NCBI GenBank assembly: GCA_010909165.1
Contig: MU008151.1
Location: 930,001 to 994,000, forward strand
Direction: 5' to 3'
Length of the DNA stretch: 64,000 nt
DNA from: Anthoceros angustus
Taxonomy: Eukaryota; Plantae; Anthocerotophyta
Shown here: in pieces, positions 1 through 11,806 of the stretch
How positions within the stretch are numbered: position 1 is the stretch's first letter
How the letters are laid out: each line of letters starts with the position of its first letter
Position numbers and translations under genes: made by a program
Notes under the pieces: generated by a model
Told to the model about the DNA's origin: nothing
Seen by the model: only the letters and a program-made list of their open reading frames with translations
Database searches by the model: none

Positions 1-129
1 ATGCTCATGAGTCTCTGATAGAAACACAATATCCCGGCAATCCCGGCCCGTGAGGAGATCAAGCATTCCGCCAGGGTGTAGATTGATAGATCCGTTGCAA
101 TTCCAAGAAGCCAGGCGGAGGATGCCATC
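1..129 (-). CDS. LINE ORF2, N-terminus of AP-endonuclease domain (partial)
   Basis: Manual minus-strand translation DGILRLASWNCNGSINLHPGGMLDLLTGRDCRDIVFLSETHEH carries the APE motifs SWNxNG and DIVFLSETH. Confidence 0.85.
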
Positions 130-144
130 ACGGGCCCCGCATCC

Positions 145-700
145 CTACGGGACATGCGCGGCAGTCTTGGGTTCCCGTATAACTAGGTCGTCATCAATGA
201 AATAAGCCACCATACCCTCTGATTTTGCCTTCTTACAGTCAAGCAACAATTGCTTCTTGCGTTCCCATTGGAGAGGAGTAAGGTCAGGGTTGACAAATAT
301 ATCTTGGCCTTTCAAGTTTGTGCGTGCACGTAACACAACGTCCTCAAGAGTAAAAACGCACAATATAAGTGGGGATCGAGAATGGTCCTTACCCACTCTC
401 CAAGCGTGTTGGAACCGAACATCGACCTTGATAACATCACCAAAACCCTTACAGACTTTCTCGAGTAGTTCCCGATATCCATGTCGGAGGTTTCGAGATC
501 GCTTATCGCGATCGCGGACTCAAATGGTAGCGATATGATGGCGAGTTCGTCGCGGCCGTGACGGCAAAAGATCGGGTCGTAGGGGCAAGGGGCCTATCCA
601 CCTCTTGAATAACCTCATCATTCTTGGACATGCCAAGACGGATAGAAGTTAATTTGTCTTCAACAATAATTTCAACCTTCTCCAAAAGGCCGTAGGTCAA
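145..700 (-). pseudogene. LINE ORF1 (RRM/CTD-type), frameshifted
   Basis: ORF 145..396 has the RPxI...LKGxxIFVNxDLT-type ORF1 C-terminus. Upstream ORF 503..700 is plausibly part of the same gene; the 5' end is uncertain. Confidence 0.65.
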
Positions 701-1344
701 ACGTGGTAGCCGGAGTAGAGTGTGGAATTGTGGTCACTCAACGTGCTTAGAGATCATATTAGCCTTTCGAAATCTTCCTGAGCTCCTTAAGAGATGTCTC
801 AAGATCGATCTTTGGGCGTCATATCCATGCGGAAAGTGTCTAGAGAAGTCGCAATAAGGTGTTCCCATTCAAGGCTCAAAACATCACTGTGTTTGCCGTA
901 ATTCATTGAGGAGGGAATCATTGGGTCTGGAGGGCCTCAAACCTATCGATAGATCCGAGTGCTTAGCAGAGAAATCTTGAGTCTAGCCTCCAAGATAGTA
1001 ATGACTCCATGAAAGAAAGTATTTGTCCTCCAAAACGAGAGTCACCCGCCTCAAGACTATGAACCCCGAGAATGACCGCCATGTCATATTGCACCTTAGA
1101 TTCAAGAGAGGACGCTTTAAGGCCATCCTGGAGCCATTACCGCTTGCCAAAATACCGTAGTAGAACACCGAAGAGATTAGCACGCCATAAGCAAGTTGCC
1201 CAATTACTGCACTTGGCCTGGGGCACAAGACGACCAAAGGGGAGCCCCAAGGCCGAAAAACCCCGAGTAGGGACCTAAAAGCCCTACCACCACACCGCAC
1301 TCACGAATCCTGCAAAGACGGCCCAAAAATCGCGGACCCTCTCA

Positions 1345-1502
1345 CCACGCTCCGCACCGCACCGCCCGATCCGCACCCTACGCCCGCACCGCACCGCCCG
1401 CCTGCACCCACGCCCGCACCGCACCGCCCGCACCCACGCCCGCACCCCACGCCCGCACCGCCCGCACCCACGCCCGCACCCACGCCCGCACTCACGCCAC
1501 GC
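1345..1502. repeat. Degenerate (CCGCAC/CCCACG) simple repeat in the presumed LINE 5' UTR
   Basis: Visible reiteration of ccgcac/cgcccgcaccca; G-rich on the minus strand. Confidence 0.85.
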
Positions 1503-1758
1503 GCAAGGCTGGCCCGCAAACTCAAAGATAAAATATGTGTTCACTATTTCAGAGAAACAGATTCATAGCCTGCTATTCACTTGTGGAGAAACAAAGATGG
1601 GTTATATCCGAATATCATTGCACTTCCTTCCCATACGCGACTTTGAGAGCGTGTTGTTCCTTTTCATATTCACCGGCACTGATGAGCTTAGATTCATGAA
1701 AGATCATGTTATCGAAAATTATAAGTAAAAGGGTTTCTAGACTGATTCGCCATGGACA

Positions 1759-1876
1759 CCCAACCCAACCCAACCCAACCCAACCCAACCCAACCCAACC
1801 CAACCCAACCCAACCTAACCCAACCCAACCCAACCCAACCCAACCCAACCCAACCCAGCCCAGCCCAGCCCAGCCC
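1759..1876. repeat. (CCCAA)n then (CCCAG)n microsatellite upstream of TRN1-like copy A
   Basis: About 19 CCCAA units (one CCTAA variant), then about 4 CCCAG units. Much shorter versions lie at ~48433-48457 and ~49696-49719. Confidence 0.95.
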
Positions 1877-2153
1877 ATCATTCATCACAGGGACCGTGCA
1901 CGGGAGCCGTTCCGTTCCGTTCCGGTGTCCTGATCTCGACTGACCCGGACAAATTCCATTCCCATTTACTTATTTTAGCATGTTTAAGTTTGGGCTGTTT
2001 CGCCGTTCATGTGGGAAGTTTCGCTGCGTGGGGCCTGGCTGCCAGGGCTGAAGGCCGCGGGATGTGGTGTGGCCTGGAGGAGCACCTGCCTGGCCCTCAT
2101 TCCATTCTAGCAGTCCGGGAAGCATAGCACAGCATAGCACAGCATAGCAGAGC

Positions 2154-5100
2154 ATGGCGGAAGAGCATGAGGCGGAGGATTGGCGCGCACTGCCGGTTCA
2201 GCTGCAGCAGCTGCTGCTAGATCTGGGCCGGAATGCCGTGTCCGAACTACCCGATCTGCATAATGATGAAGAGTATGGCGGCTACTTCACTGATCGAATC
2301 CGTGGTGATGAGGGAAGGCACTGGCGAGTGCGCAAGCGGGTGTTGACAGCCATTGCCAACTGCCGTGTTGACTCCGTACTCATTCACCCCAGTTGGGCCA
2401 TCGGCTTGGATCGGGAGGATGAAGTGTCGGTTCTGTTGGGGGGCCTGGCGTCCAACCTTTGCCTGTACCTTCTGGCTGTGAAGGTTTTGGAAGGCAGGCG
2501 GCTTGCGAGGCTCTGGGCCAGCTTGTTGCTTCCAGTCGCCGCTTACGAACACTTTTAGCAGAGAGTGTTGGGCTTGATGCCGCCGGACTGGGTGCCCTGG
2601 CCAAAGGCTTCAACAAGGATTCTGTCCTGGAGAAGTTGTACTTAGAAGGGAACAAGGTGGGAGGTGCTGAAGGGGCACAGCACCTGGCCCGCATTCTGGC
2701 CACGGCTCCCCGTTTGAAGGAACTGTCACTGCAAAGCATCGGCTTGGATGTGGCGGGAGCCCAGTGTATTGCAAATGCTCTTCCGCTCTGTGCCACGCTC
2801 CGGTATCTGGCGTTGGATGATGGCGTTGCATTGCGGGGTCCCATTCCCGGCGGCCTCGGGCCCATGGGCACTGTGCTCAAACTTGCTTTCACCCGCGCGG
2901 ATGAGGATGAGAATGCCTCCATCTCTGGCGTCACACAGCTTTATTTGGATATCTCGAAGGATGGGGAGGCAGGCCTGGCAGACGCCCTGGCCGGAATGCT
3001 GCGCACCAACGATCGTATCGAGGAACTTCACACCACTCCATATGCTCTCATCCACGGCCTGGACGGGTTACGCTACAACTCCACCATATCTGAACTTCGT
3101 CTCCGGGACTCCAGTACGCCATCAGCTGCGACGGATGTGTGGATGCGCCTTGTCCAGTTGCTCCCGGAATGCAAAGCACTGCGTGTCCTGGACTTGGGAT
3201 CGCTCCGTGGCCACGCCTCGTTCAAGAAAGAGTTGCTGAGATCCTTGGAGGGCAACGCATCTCTGAAAAAGCTCGACATTTCTGGCTGGGACGCCCTGGA
3301 TCATGACATGTTTAGAGACTTGATGAACTGTATTCAAGTCAACAAGACGTTACGGGAGATCAACATCCAGTGGACAAAATGGGAAGCGGAAGGAAAGGAC
3401 GCAATCATCAATGCAGCCTTGGCAGGCAATGCCACTCAAGAGGCTTACTGGCCTTTGCTCGTGGGCAGGCAATCATCAATGCAGCCTTGGCAGGCAAGGG
3501 CCTGAGGCTGGGCGCCTCTTCCTGTGCGGTGCCCCTTTGGCAGGGAAGACCACTCTCCGCACCACCATGGTTCGCGCATGGAGACGACAGACAGCCGCAT
3601 CACTCAAGTCCTGGCTCGGCCAAGTTCCAGCTCAACTGAAGGGAAAAATATTTCGTGCTTGGCGACGGATGGCTTCCGTCACCGGTAGCAGAACGGAAGG
3701 CATAGAAATCGAGGTGTTGCGCAACGACCATGATATGCAAGTTACCATGTGGGATCTGGCTGGACAAGCTCACTACCGAGCTCTGCAAGACTACCTTTTT
3801 CCGACCTTCAACCAAGCATGTATCTTCCTGTTTGCGTTCAGCCCATTTGATGATCGGAAACCTCCCCAACTGCATCTCTAATGTCCTGCAGGACAGGTTC
3901 AGAAGGAGCTTGGCGTACTGGCTTAGGTTCATCAACTCCAATTGTCGCAACGTGGGCTCTACTTTGCCTCAAATATTTGTGGTGGCAACTCATGTGGATA
4001 AGATGAAGCGTTCTGATGCTGAAGCATTACCGAATCTCCTTCAACCCGTTCTGACAGAGTTGGCCACCGAGTTTGAACAGGTTGTTCACGTGAAACAAAA
4101 CACTCTTCTCCATGGACGCTCGATCTGCCAAGAGTGTGAAGCCCTTGCTGACGCACTCATGGAATCGTTTCGAGCTCTATTTGCAACTAAACTGTTTGGG
4201 TACCCGAGGTATGCAACCGATTGAGTGCTGATTTGACTGCCTGGGTATCCCAACATCCAGCTCAACCGATGGTGAGGAAACAGCAACTTCAAACTTTGTT
4301 CCAAAACGAGCTACAGAGTCTCCACAAAGGTGGGGTTCAAGATGAGGGGAACGATTGGGAGCCATTCTTGCCTATTTGCATGATGTGGGTAGTATCATCT
4401 GTTTTCAAGATACAGATGTTGTGGTGATAAATCCACACTGGATGAGTCACAATTTTTAGGGCGACTCATTCACCTTCTAACCAGAGCTAGAGGTTTGTCG
4501 CATTCCTCAGATGGATTTGTTGCTCAAAGTCTGCTTCATTCCACCTTGGATGAGATTCTCAGAGGCACACAAGCGGAGGGGATTGAAAGGCAACATCTGG
4601 TATCGTTGATGACCACTCTCAACTTATGCTATGAAGAGGATGGGACTCGACGTGTCGGATTCTTTGTTCCCTTCACCATGGCCGCCGGTAATGGTGACGC
4701 TGTTCCTGGGAGACGACAGTTGAACTGGGAAACTGCTGATACAGCAAGCAATTACATCTACCTCGGAAGGAGGTTACAGTGCCTTGACAAGACGAAGACG
4801 TTTCTTGGTCCAGGCTTTTTCCTAGATTCCAAGTACGATAACTACCAACATGTCTTTGTTTTGATGGTGTGTGTCTTCAACCTGTTTACTGACATTGTGG
4901 AGGTTTGCGTATTGCAGGTCTGCCTTCGAAAGGATTTGTTAACCGGATTCCATGGCATGCAACCTCATCAATATCGTATTGAACGCAACCTCATCAAGTT
5001 TTGTGTGATGGTATGGATGTGTTTTTTGGAAAGCAGTGGGGATATCGGAGAGGACACCGGAGACATCGGTGACCATATTGATATTCTGGTGAGGTCATCC

Positions 5101-6446
5101 AAGAGCAAAGATGAAACTATCGAGTTTCTCAAGGAACATGTGGTTGCAAAGTTGAAATCTTTTGTGCTTCCCTGAAGGCAGTCCGGGAGTCGAGCTTGTG
5201 GAAGGAATTATCAGGACCGAGTGTGTCGAAAACCTCACACTCTGTATCTACCGGCATAATCAGTCAGTGCTAACGCAGGATTTGCTCAAGTGTGTTTTGC
5301 AGACCAACAAGACTGTACAGGGAGATTTTCTCCTCAATGGATCTGGCCGACTTCGGTGGTGGCCACCATGTCCTGAAGCCTCTTTGAGAGTGCCTTTGAG
5401 CGAGCTGATGAGCTCTTAAGTACTGGTGAAGTCTTGGATGTCTTGCAAAGGCGACGAACAGGTCTCCGTCAAACCATATCCAACATAGATGCAGCTGTAG
5501 AGGAAGTCCTGCCTACAGAGGAAGGGGTGCTCGCACAACAAGACGCACCACTTCAAACGTCTCGGTTTGCCTACGTCCGACGTACTATATCCCTCCCTGG
5601 AACAACTCACTCGGAGATGGGGAGCAACTGTTGCAAACCATCAATCATGGGATGAGAGATTTGAAGCACGACGTGAAAATGGTGGATACATGGTTGAAAA
5701 TGGTGGAGACAGAGGTGAAAGCAGTGGGAGTCAAAGTGGATAGAGTTGGCGAGACTTTGCAACGTGAGATAAGCGATATGAAGACCTGGCAGGAAGATAC
5801 TCTACAACTCTTGCTTTCGAAGATGGATGAGATTATGAATTTCTCTGCAGAATTAGAAAGCAGTCAGATACCCAGACGTCCCTACATCACCACTGCAGAC
5901 GTGGGTCTGGCACAGAGATTGATTGCAGGGGTGCGTGTGGGCAAAGCGGCTAAGCTGCACTTCATGTGCGAAAACATCTTTGGGAATCACATCGTGAGGG
6001 CCAAACTGGATTTGACTTGACATTGGAGGATGCGAAGTGGAGGTGGATCAGGCCCTTAGCAATCAACGGTGCAAAGCTATTGCTCTTCCTGGCCAAGGCT
6101 GGCCTACACGTGGCTGCCGGCATTGGGGTGCGGTTCCCGACCCTGCTACCAGCTTGGATGGAGCGGTTCTGTGGCTGCGGCCTTGGGGAATCAGCCCTGT
6201 CCCATTTAAATCTGGACCTAACAGGACCAGCTGCGAGCCAGAACACTCCCGTGCAAGAGGCATGGATTGCTCTGAAGAATCTGTTGCATGTTGCTGAGGG
6301 ATCAAATGGCTGACAAATTCCAACTGCACAAGGTGCAATATCGGAAACGGCAGGATGGAGGACGAGGAGTGGCATGGGTTTGCGAACGGTGTATGCGGAG
6401 GGAATTACAAGACAAGTCTATCAGCCGCTCTGACGGGAGCAACTAG
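2154..6446 (+). CDS. TRN1-like: TORNADO1-like Roco protein (RI-type LRRs + Roc GTPase + COR), copy A; frameshifted in this consensus
   Basis: LRRs LEKLYLEGNKVG / LKELSLQSIGLD / LRVLDLGS / LKKLDISG. Roc motifs RLFLCGAPLAGKTT (P-loop), RTEGIEI, WDLAGQ, VATHVD. TRN1 hallmarks YWLRFINSN, YLGRRLQC, PGF(FPRFQ)V, GIIRTECV, LHFMCE, VAWVC; TAG at 6444-6446. Confidence 0.9.
4833..4917 (+). other. GT-AG intron in TRN1-like copy A
   Basis: CAA|GTACGA ... TACTGAC (branch point) ... TTGCAG|GTC. Splicing plus one restored T in the T run gives GFFPRFQ-VCLRK, matching the TRN1 FPRLQV motif. Confidence 0.8.
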
Positions 6447-6899
6447 AACGTCGTGTGTTGCAGCCTAACTTTGGCATTTGCAGGATGACTCTAGGAGCCA
6501 TCTGCATCATGTGATTGGATAATGGTAGGTAGACAGGCATTAGACTGTAGAGCCTAATCCTGCTGTATCTTACATCACTCTTTGCGAAATCCCACCTTTG
6601 TCGAATTCGTCCCTTTTGGTTGTTCAAGCCTCTGACTCTTCCAGAACTGTGGAGGGCCCTGGTTGGTGAAGGAGGGATCCTCCAGAGTGAGCATGCATCA
6701 GTGGCCAGGAATGACATCGTGCCCTGCACCTTGGAGTAATGACTAACACAAATTTGATCTGTGCATCTGTAGATTTTAGGGTACCAACGTCTTGGGAAGA
6801 ACAGCCAACCCGAGCTGGGACAAGCTGCCAAGACTTGGAAATGGCGAAACTTTCTGGTGCAGGTCCTTACTCCTTCAGGTAGTCGGTCTTACAGGCAGC

Positions 6900-7880
6900 A
6901 ATTGTTCACTACTCATGGTAAGACTTGCCTTGCCAAGGTTTGCAAGTTACTGATGCCATCGTGTGTCCGGAACGCACTTGGTGAAAATACAGGTGTCACA
7001 TGTACTGCCAGGATAGCAGGATATGCCCAGCAGGGGCATGGGCTCACGAACCCTTTGTCTCTATGGTGCGATAAAGGTTAGGCATGGATGTTCGCGCCTC
7101 CTGCAAAGGAGGACACCATAAATCTGGAGAAGGGGACGCAACTTCATGGGCAGACTAGAGAGCAAGCAACGTGTTTGTGGCCAGCACTGGTAAAGGAGAT
7201 GGTATGCTAGAGACATATTATGTAGCACTGTTTGCAGCAAACCTATGAGCTCGTCACACGGCGTGTTCTCGATTGCGTTTCTCAGCCAGTTGTGGGATAT
7301 GGAGCTATTGCAGTTATAGATAGTTCCGGTACCGGTGACATGTTTCGTGCTTCAGGCCTCGTAGATCGTTTGAATTGATAATTTGTCAAATGTGCAGAAA
7401 CGACATACTTGCAAGTTCACAGGTTTTGAAATTGGGGTGCTAGCAAGCTGGAGGTTATACTCATAGTGGACCTCCTGCTCCTGCAATTGGAATTTTGCAG
7501 CTGGACTCTGGAGGCCTTCTGTCCCAGGCTTTAGAAAATCCTGCTGTCAGGAGAGATCATGGTTCTCCACAATCTCTGGCAGTTCACTCAAGTTTGCTTT
7601 AGACATGTCCAAAGGGTAACCAATACACATGGAGGCACGGACTTGTGAAAGCAGTGCGTCCAAGGTGAGAAACCGATTGCAAATCACCTCTTCAATGTCC
7701 ACTGGCTCACTCGGCTAGCAAGAGACATTGCCTGAAGAGACATCCGTCATCTGGATGCACTGATTGCAGGCTACACCCGCCATGAAGGAGACAGTAAAGT
7801 GGACTTTGAGTTGGTCCAGAGAATGAAACAGGATGGCTTGCAACCAGACGGTATCGCATTCCTTAGTGTACTGACTGAGG
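6900..7880 (+). pseudogene. Degenerate PLS-class PPR gene fragments
   Basis: IAGYAQQGHG (~7010-7045) and ALIAGYTRHEGDSKVDFELVQRMKQDGLQPDGIAFLSVLT (~7757-7876). Confidence 0.75.
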
Positions 7881-8246
7881 CGGATGCCAGGATGGCGGCA
7901 GGAGTTAGGATGGCGGCAGGTGCACGGCCGGATTTGTGTTCAAGGAAGGACGATTTCTCTGCCTAAGTCTGTTTCCTTCAGGAGTCCTGCGGGTGCCCCA
8001 GGGAAACTGTCGTGACCTGGCGGGACCCTGTCTACTCCAGTTTACAGGGTCCAGCCCCTGAAACTGATCCCTGATGTATCCACTTCTGGCTGGGTAGGAT
8101 AGATTTTTGGTTTGTGAATGTTCTAGTGATGTCGTGAGCTTCCTCTGGCCTGCAGAATTAGGATCAGCAGCTGTACGTGTCATGAGATGGCAGGGTTCGA
8201 GCTGCTGCACGGTACTGTACGAAGAAAGTGATCCCGAAAACATTTC

Positions 8247-8347
8247 TGACAAACACCTTTGGCTTGTTCGCAGATACGTAACTGCATTCACTGACGGAGG
8301 CATCACTGAATACAGTAATCTGCAAACAAGCCAAAGGTGGTTTATCA
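8247..8347. ncRNA. ~100-nt foldback (pre-miRNA-like or mini-MITE), copy 1
   Basis: ACCTTTGGCTTGTT/AACAAGCCAAAGGT, GCAGAT/ATCTGC and ACTG..TTCA/TGAA..CAGT pair around a short loop. Confidence 0.45.
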
Positions 8348-8489
8348 TTAATGCTTGTCGAGGTGACCTTGTCACAAGTGGGAAGCCAATGGCTGAGACG
8401 TTGAGGGAGGCCAAGTCGTCAGCAAGAGGGCGGGGGAGGTTCGACCACTGCGTTCTGTCAGCGATTGTCTCGAGGTTCTCGAACAGAAG

Positions 8490-8598
8490 GATGTCAGGAA
8501 GGTATGGTTGTACCCAATTCCGTGACATTTGTGTGCCTCTTGCAGGCATGTGAAAATGTGGCAGCCTTGTGTGTAGGAAGACAGCGACACGCGCAAAA
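8490..8598 (+). pseudogene. PPR (L-type motif) fragment
   Basis: QEGMVVPNSVTFVCLLQACENVAALCVGRQRHAQ; duplicated at ~55870-55972. Confidence 0.8.
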
Positions 8599-8712
8599 CC
8601 GTTCATCGTCTTCAAGACGGGGTAGACTGGCCAAATCATTCCGGGCCAGGCAGTCCAGCAGCCGCCGCCGCCGCCGAGCCGGCAGCGCGCGCAGTCCTTC
8701 GCCTCGTCTGCT
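8598..8712 (-). pseudogene. Inverted N-terminal fragment of a divergent TRN1-like paralog
   Basis: RALPARRRRLLDCLARNDLASLPRLEDDERF aligns with copy A N-terminus DWRALPVQLQQLLLDLGRNAVSELPDLHNDEEY. Confidence 0.75.
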
Positions 8713-11214
8713 ACACTGTGGTCTCTTTGTCGAACGCGTGGAAAATGTCCGCGCCCAGAACGGGAAAAGACTGGCTTCGCACCGGACTTCCTCCATCCAG
8801 TCTCTGTTCAGCTCCTGGAGTCCCTGCAGGCAAAGGGATGGACCAAGTCAGGAAAAGGACAGTCGTCACCTCGACTCAAGGCAGCAAATCAGGTGCTAGG
8901 TGATGCCGTGTCCTCAACCTAATGAAGTACATACTTTACCCTAAGAAGCTTGGTTTCCACTTCGGAGAAGCTGCGACTAAGGATCATCGTTCGCTTCGCA
9001 TCTACGCAGTGGTAGACGTCATCATCCTCAACCCGCCTGTTGCAGCCAGGTGAGGAGCAAGCCGATGCGGTGCAGTTGCTCACAAGACGTGCACACCAAG
9101 GTAGCATATGCTAATCCGAATCGGAACCTTGACAACCTGGCTGCAACCACCTGCAACACCCTAATCCACACTGGCACATGCCTCACCATCTCATGCAGAA
9201 TCCACCATTCCTGCAGCTTGCAAGCAGGTAACAATGCAGGAGCAGGGCACGATGTCGTTACTAGCCGTTCATGCATGCTGATGAGACTGGAAGATCCTTC
9301 CCAGCTCTGCCCTAGCTGGGAATCATACCTCTTCGTCATTCAGTGACTTGTGAGCTGTGAGTGCAGAGTCTCGGAGTTCACACGCCCTTCGGGTCCAGAG
9401 TTTTGTGCAACGAAGGCTCGGTGTCATCTGAGTCTGCCGCCTCACACCCAACTCCACTCTGCTTGTCAGGCAAGTCAAAATCCGAAAGTGGTGCTTGCTC
9501 CTGGGGTCCCTAACTCAGACTCTCGAAGCTTTACATCCATTGTGCTAAGTGCGGCATCCTACAAAGCTCGAAGCTGAGACCAGGTTGAGGACTGTAGTTT
9601 GCCCTCTTTACTCAAGGGACTGTAGGAATACCAGACTCTGAAACAACAGGGCCCAAACCAACCGGGAACCCAAACTGCACCAGCTTAGAGGATTGTGAAG
9701 ACTTGTGAATGTCCCATCGCCGGTTGAAATCGGGAACTGCTTCGTCCGCAATGGCCCTTGCTAGGACGGTGGAGCTTGCCAAGATCGCTGTATTGGTGAT
9801 CATTCTGGAGTCAAAGGGACACTTCAAGATAATAGAGGAGATGCTGTAGCTCCGGGGCAGGAACCAAAGCAGGCGATTTTAACTGACTCTTGCAATGAAG
9901 GGGTAAGCTGCAGAGAGGCAGGCTGGGAGTCAATCCGCCCAGAGGTGGAGAGCCTGGAGCATAGTACACGGAATGCAGGGCATGCAACTACAGGTGCTTT
10001 AAGTACCAAGAATTTGCTGCCTGGGCTACTGAACTTGGAGGATCAAAGTCCTCCATTAGGAGATGCGGTGGAGGGCCTTGCAGCTGACCAAGGTGACAGT
10101 GGTTCAATTTTGGGGTGGTAGAGTCATTGCCTGCTGGTGTATCGAGGTTGCTAAGAGGCATTTCAACAGAAACTTCTGCTGTGAACGTTGTTGAGAAACA
10201 GGTTCGATTCTGCACCTTCTTTCTCAAGATAGTATAACCAAGCCTCATCTTGCAGATGTTTTCTTCATTGCAAATGCTCAGTGTGTGTAGTTGCCTACTG
10301 TTTGAAGAGGTGCCCAGGTAGACGCATTGTACACCCCTTTCTGGATGAAAAGGCCATGCATGCATCTCTTGTTGCCTGGTTAGGTTAAAACTATCTAAAG
10401 ACGAGATTAAGCCACTGGGAAAGATGCAGAAATATAGAGGGTCAAATTCTTCCATAGCTATGTCGTCACCTAGTTCATGAAACTGGTAGATTAAAATGGG
10501 AATTGTGGCCAGAAGAGCGCCTGGATAAGAAAGTGTTAACCTGTGCTAACTTTAATATATGCTCCTGGTATGCACAAATAGGTCCCATGACATGCAGCAG
10601 GTGAAGAGTGGCTTGTAGAAAGTCTCACTATCCAAGAAGTAGGAACATGTGAGAGATTAGGAGAGGGTGTATACAATCTACAGCCAAGCCTTGGCAGACC
10701 AGACCACACCACATCAAGGAAGCAACGAACATCCTTTACCTGTAGCGCAAACCATGTGTCCAATCCTCTAAATTCCGAATGACAAATGAGCTCTTCAAGA
10801 AGCTAGGCAAACTGTGCCCATGTTTTGAAAATCCTGTATGCCACGCTTTGCAAGGCTTGTCCTGTTTTACCAGGGTTAGACTGTTCTTTCGCTCAGCTTT
10901 GCTGGATGGATGGACTGTGGTGCGTGAAATTTATTCGTGATGTAAAGCCTGTGAAGATTGGGAGCGTGAAAGGACATCAACTCTGAAAAGGTTAGCATTG
11001 GTAGCTTTGCACAGCGCGTTGAGATTGGCAGACGGAGAGGACAAATTAACTCTTGAGAGGTTGGGATCGATAGGTCTGCACAGGGCGTTTCTTTGACAAT
11101 TCTATCCAGGTTAACTTTTAACGAGTCCGTACTGGGGCGCATGTATATACATGTAGGACCGACTTTCGTCACAAAGCCGTCCGTTTGAGTCGAGACGTGG
11201 GATCGGATTAGGTC

Positions 11215-11473
11215 AGCCGGGCATGGGACGAATACATTCGTAGGAGATGGTTGCACAAAAACGTGTCCGACTCATACCCCACTTTCACACACAGCATGGA
11301 CTCGGCGACCTAGAACCAAATCTTTCTTCCGCAAACATTTCTGCAGCACCGCATACAAGAGATGGTGTGGGATACCGAATGACTGGGTTTGAGTGCGCCA
11401 GAACTGCCAGAGCCTCGACAGCCTCACTGATATGTCCCTGCTGACATAGTTGGCTCACGGTTTTCGGAGTCAC
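11215..11473 (-). pseudogene. N-terminal fragment of a PLS-class PPR gene
   Basis: LCQQGHISEAVEAL...LLYAVLQKCLRKKDLVLGRRVHAV/KVGYESDTFLCNHLLRMYSSH, read across frameshifts. Confidence 0.8.
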
Positions 11474-11806
11474 TCCCCATCCATATCCTGCAGGCTCTCC
11501 TCGGCCTGCAAACTCGAGATGGATGGCCGCATGCCACTACAACCCAAATGCACATCCAACTGGGCATCCACCAAAACTGGCTTGTACAAGCTATTTACCA
11601 AGACGACCTCGTTGAACAGTTCTGTCCTTGCCTTGTTCGTGACCAGGAAACGCTGTTTGAAACTAATAGAATTCGCTAGACAGCCATCGTCTAGATGGGG
11701 CTTTCCCAGAGCAGGATCCCTCCCCTGTCACAAGTTTAGGGTTTATAATATACGACACTTGGACGACCAGAAGGCTTTCCCCTTTGTTGGCGCTGGCATC
11801 CTGGAG

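Larger units (their letters stand above)
1..1530 (-). mobile_element. 5' part of a non-LTR (LINE) retrotransposon: GC-rich 5' region, ORF1 and start of ORF2; continues off the left edge
   Basis: ORF1-type C-terminus VLRARTNLKGQDIFVNPDLT (145-396) is followed by an APE endonuclease N-terminus. Homology to the TRN1-like upstream segment (cf. ~49500) begins only at ~1570, which sets the approximate boundary. Confidence 0.8.

Noticed and set aside
1615-1943. ORFs with PTQPN / GLGWV repeats, and possible interstitial telomere
   Set aside because: Translations of the (CCCAA)n microsatellite; the unit is not the plant telomere repeat TTTAGGG.
3461-3500. ~30-bp duplication before the P-loop in copy A that creates a stop, suggesting split LRR and Roc genes
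   Set aside because: Absent from copy B and plausibly a consensus artefact; cannot be supported without reads.
9350-11200. Several 60-155 aa ORFs
   Set aside because: No recognisable homology or consistent frame; left unannotated.
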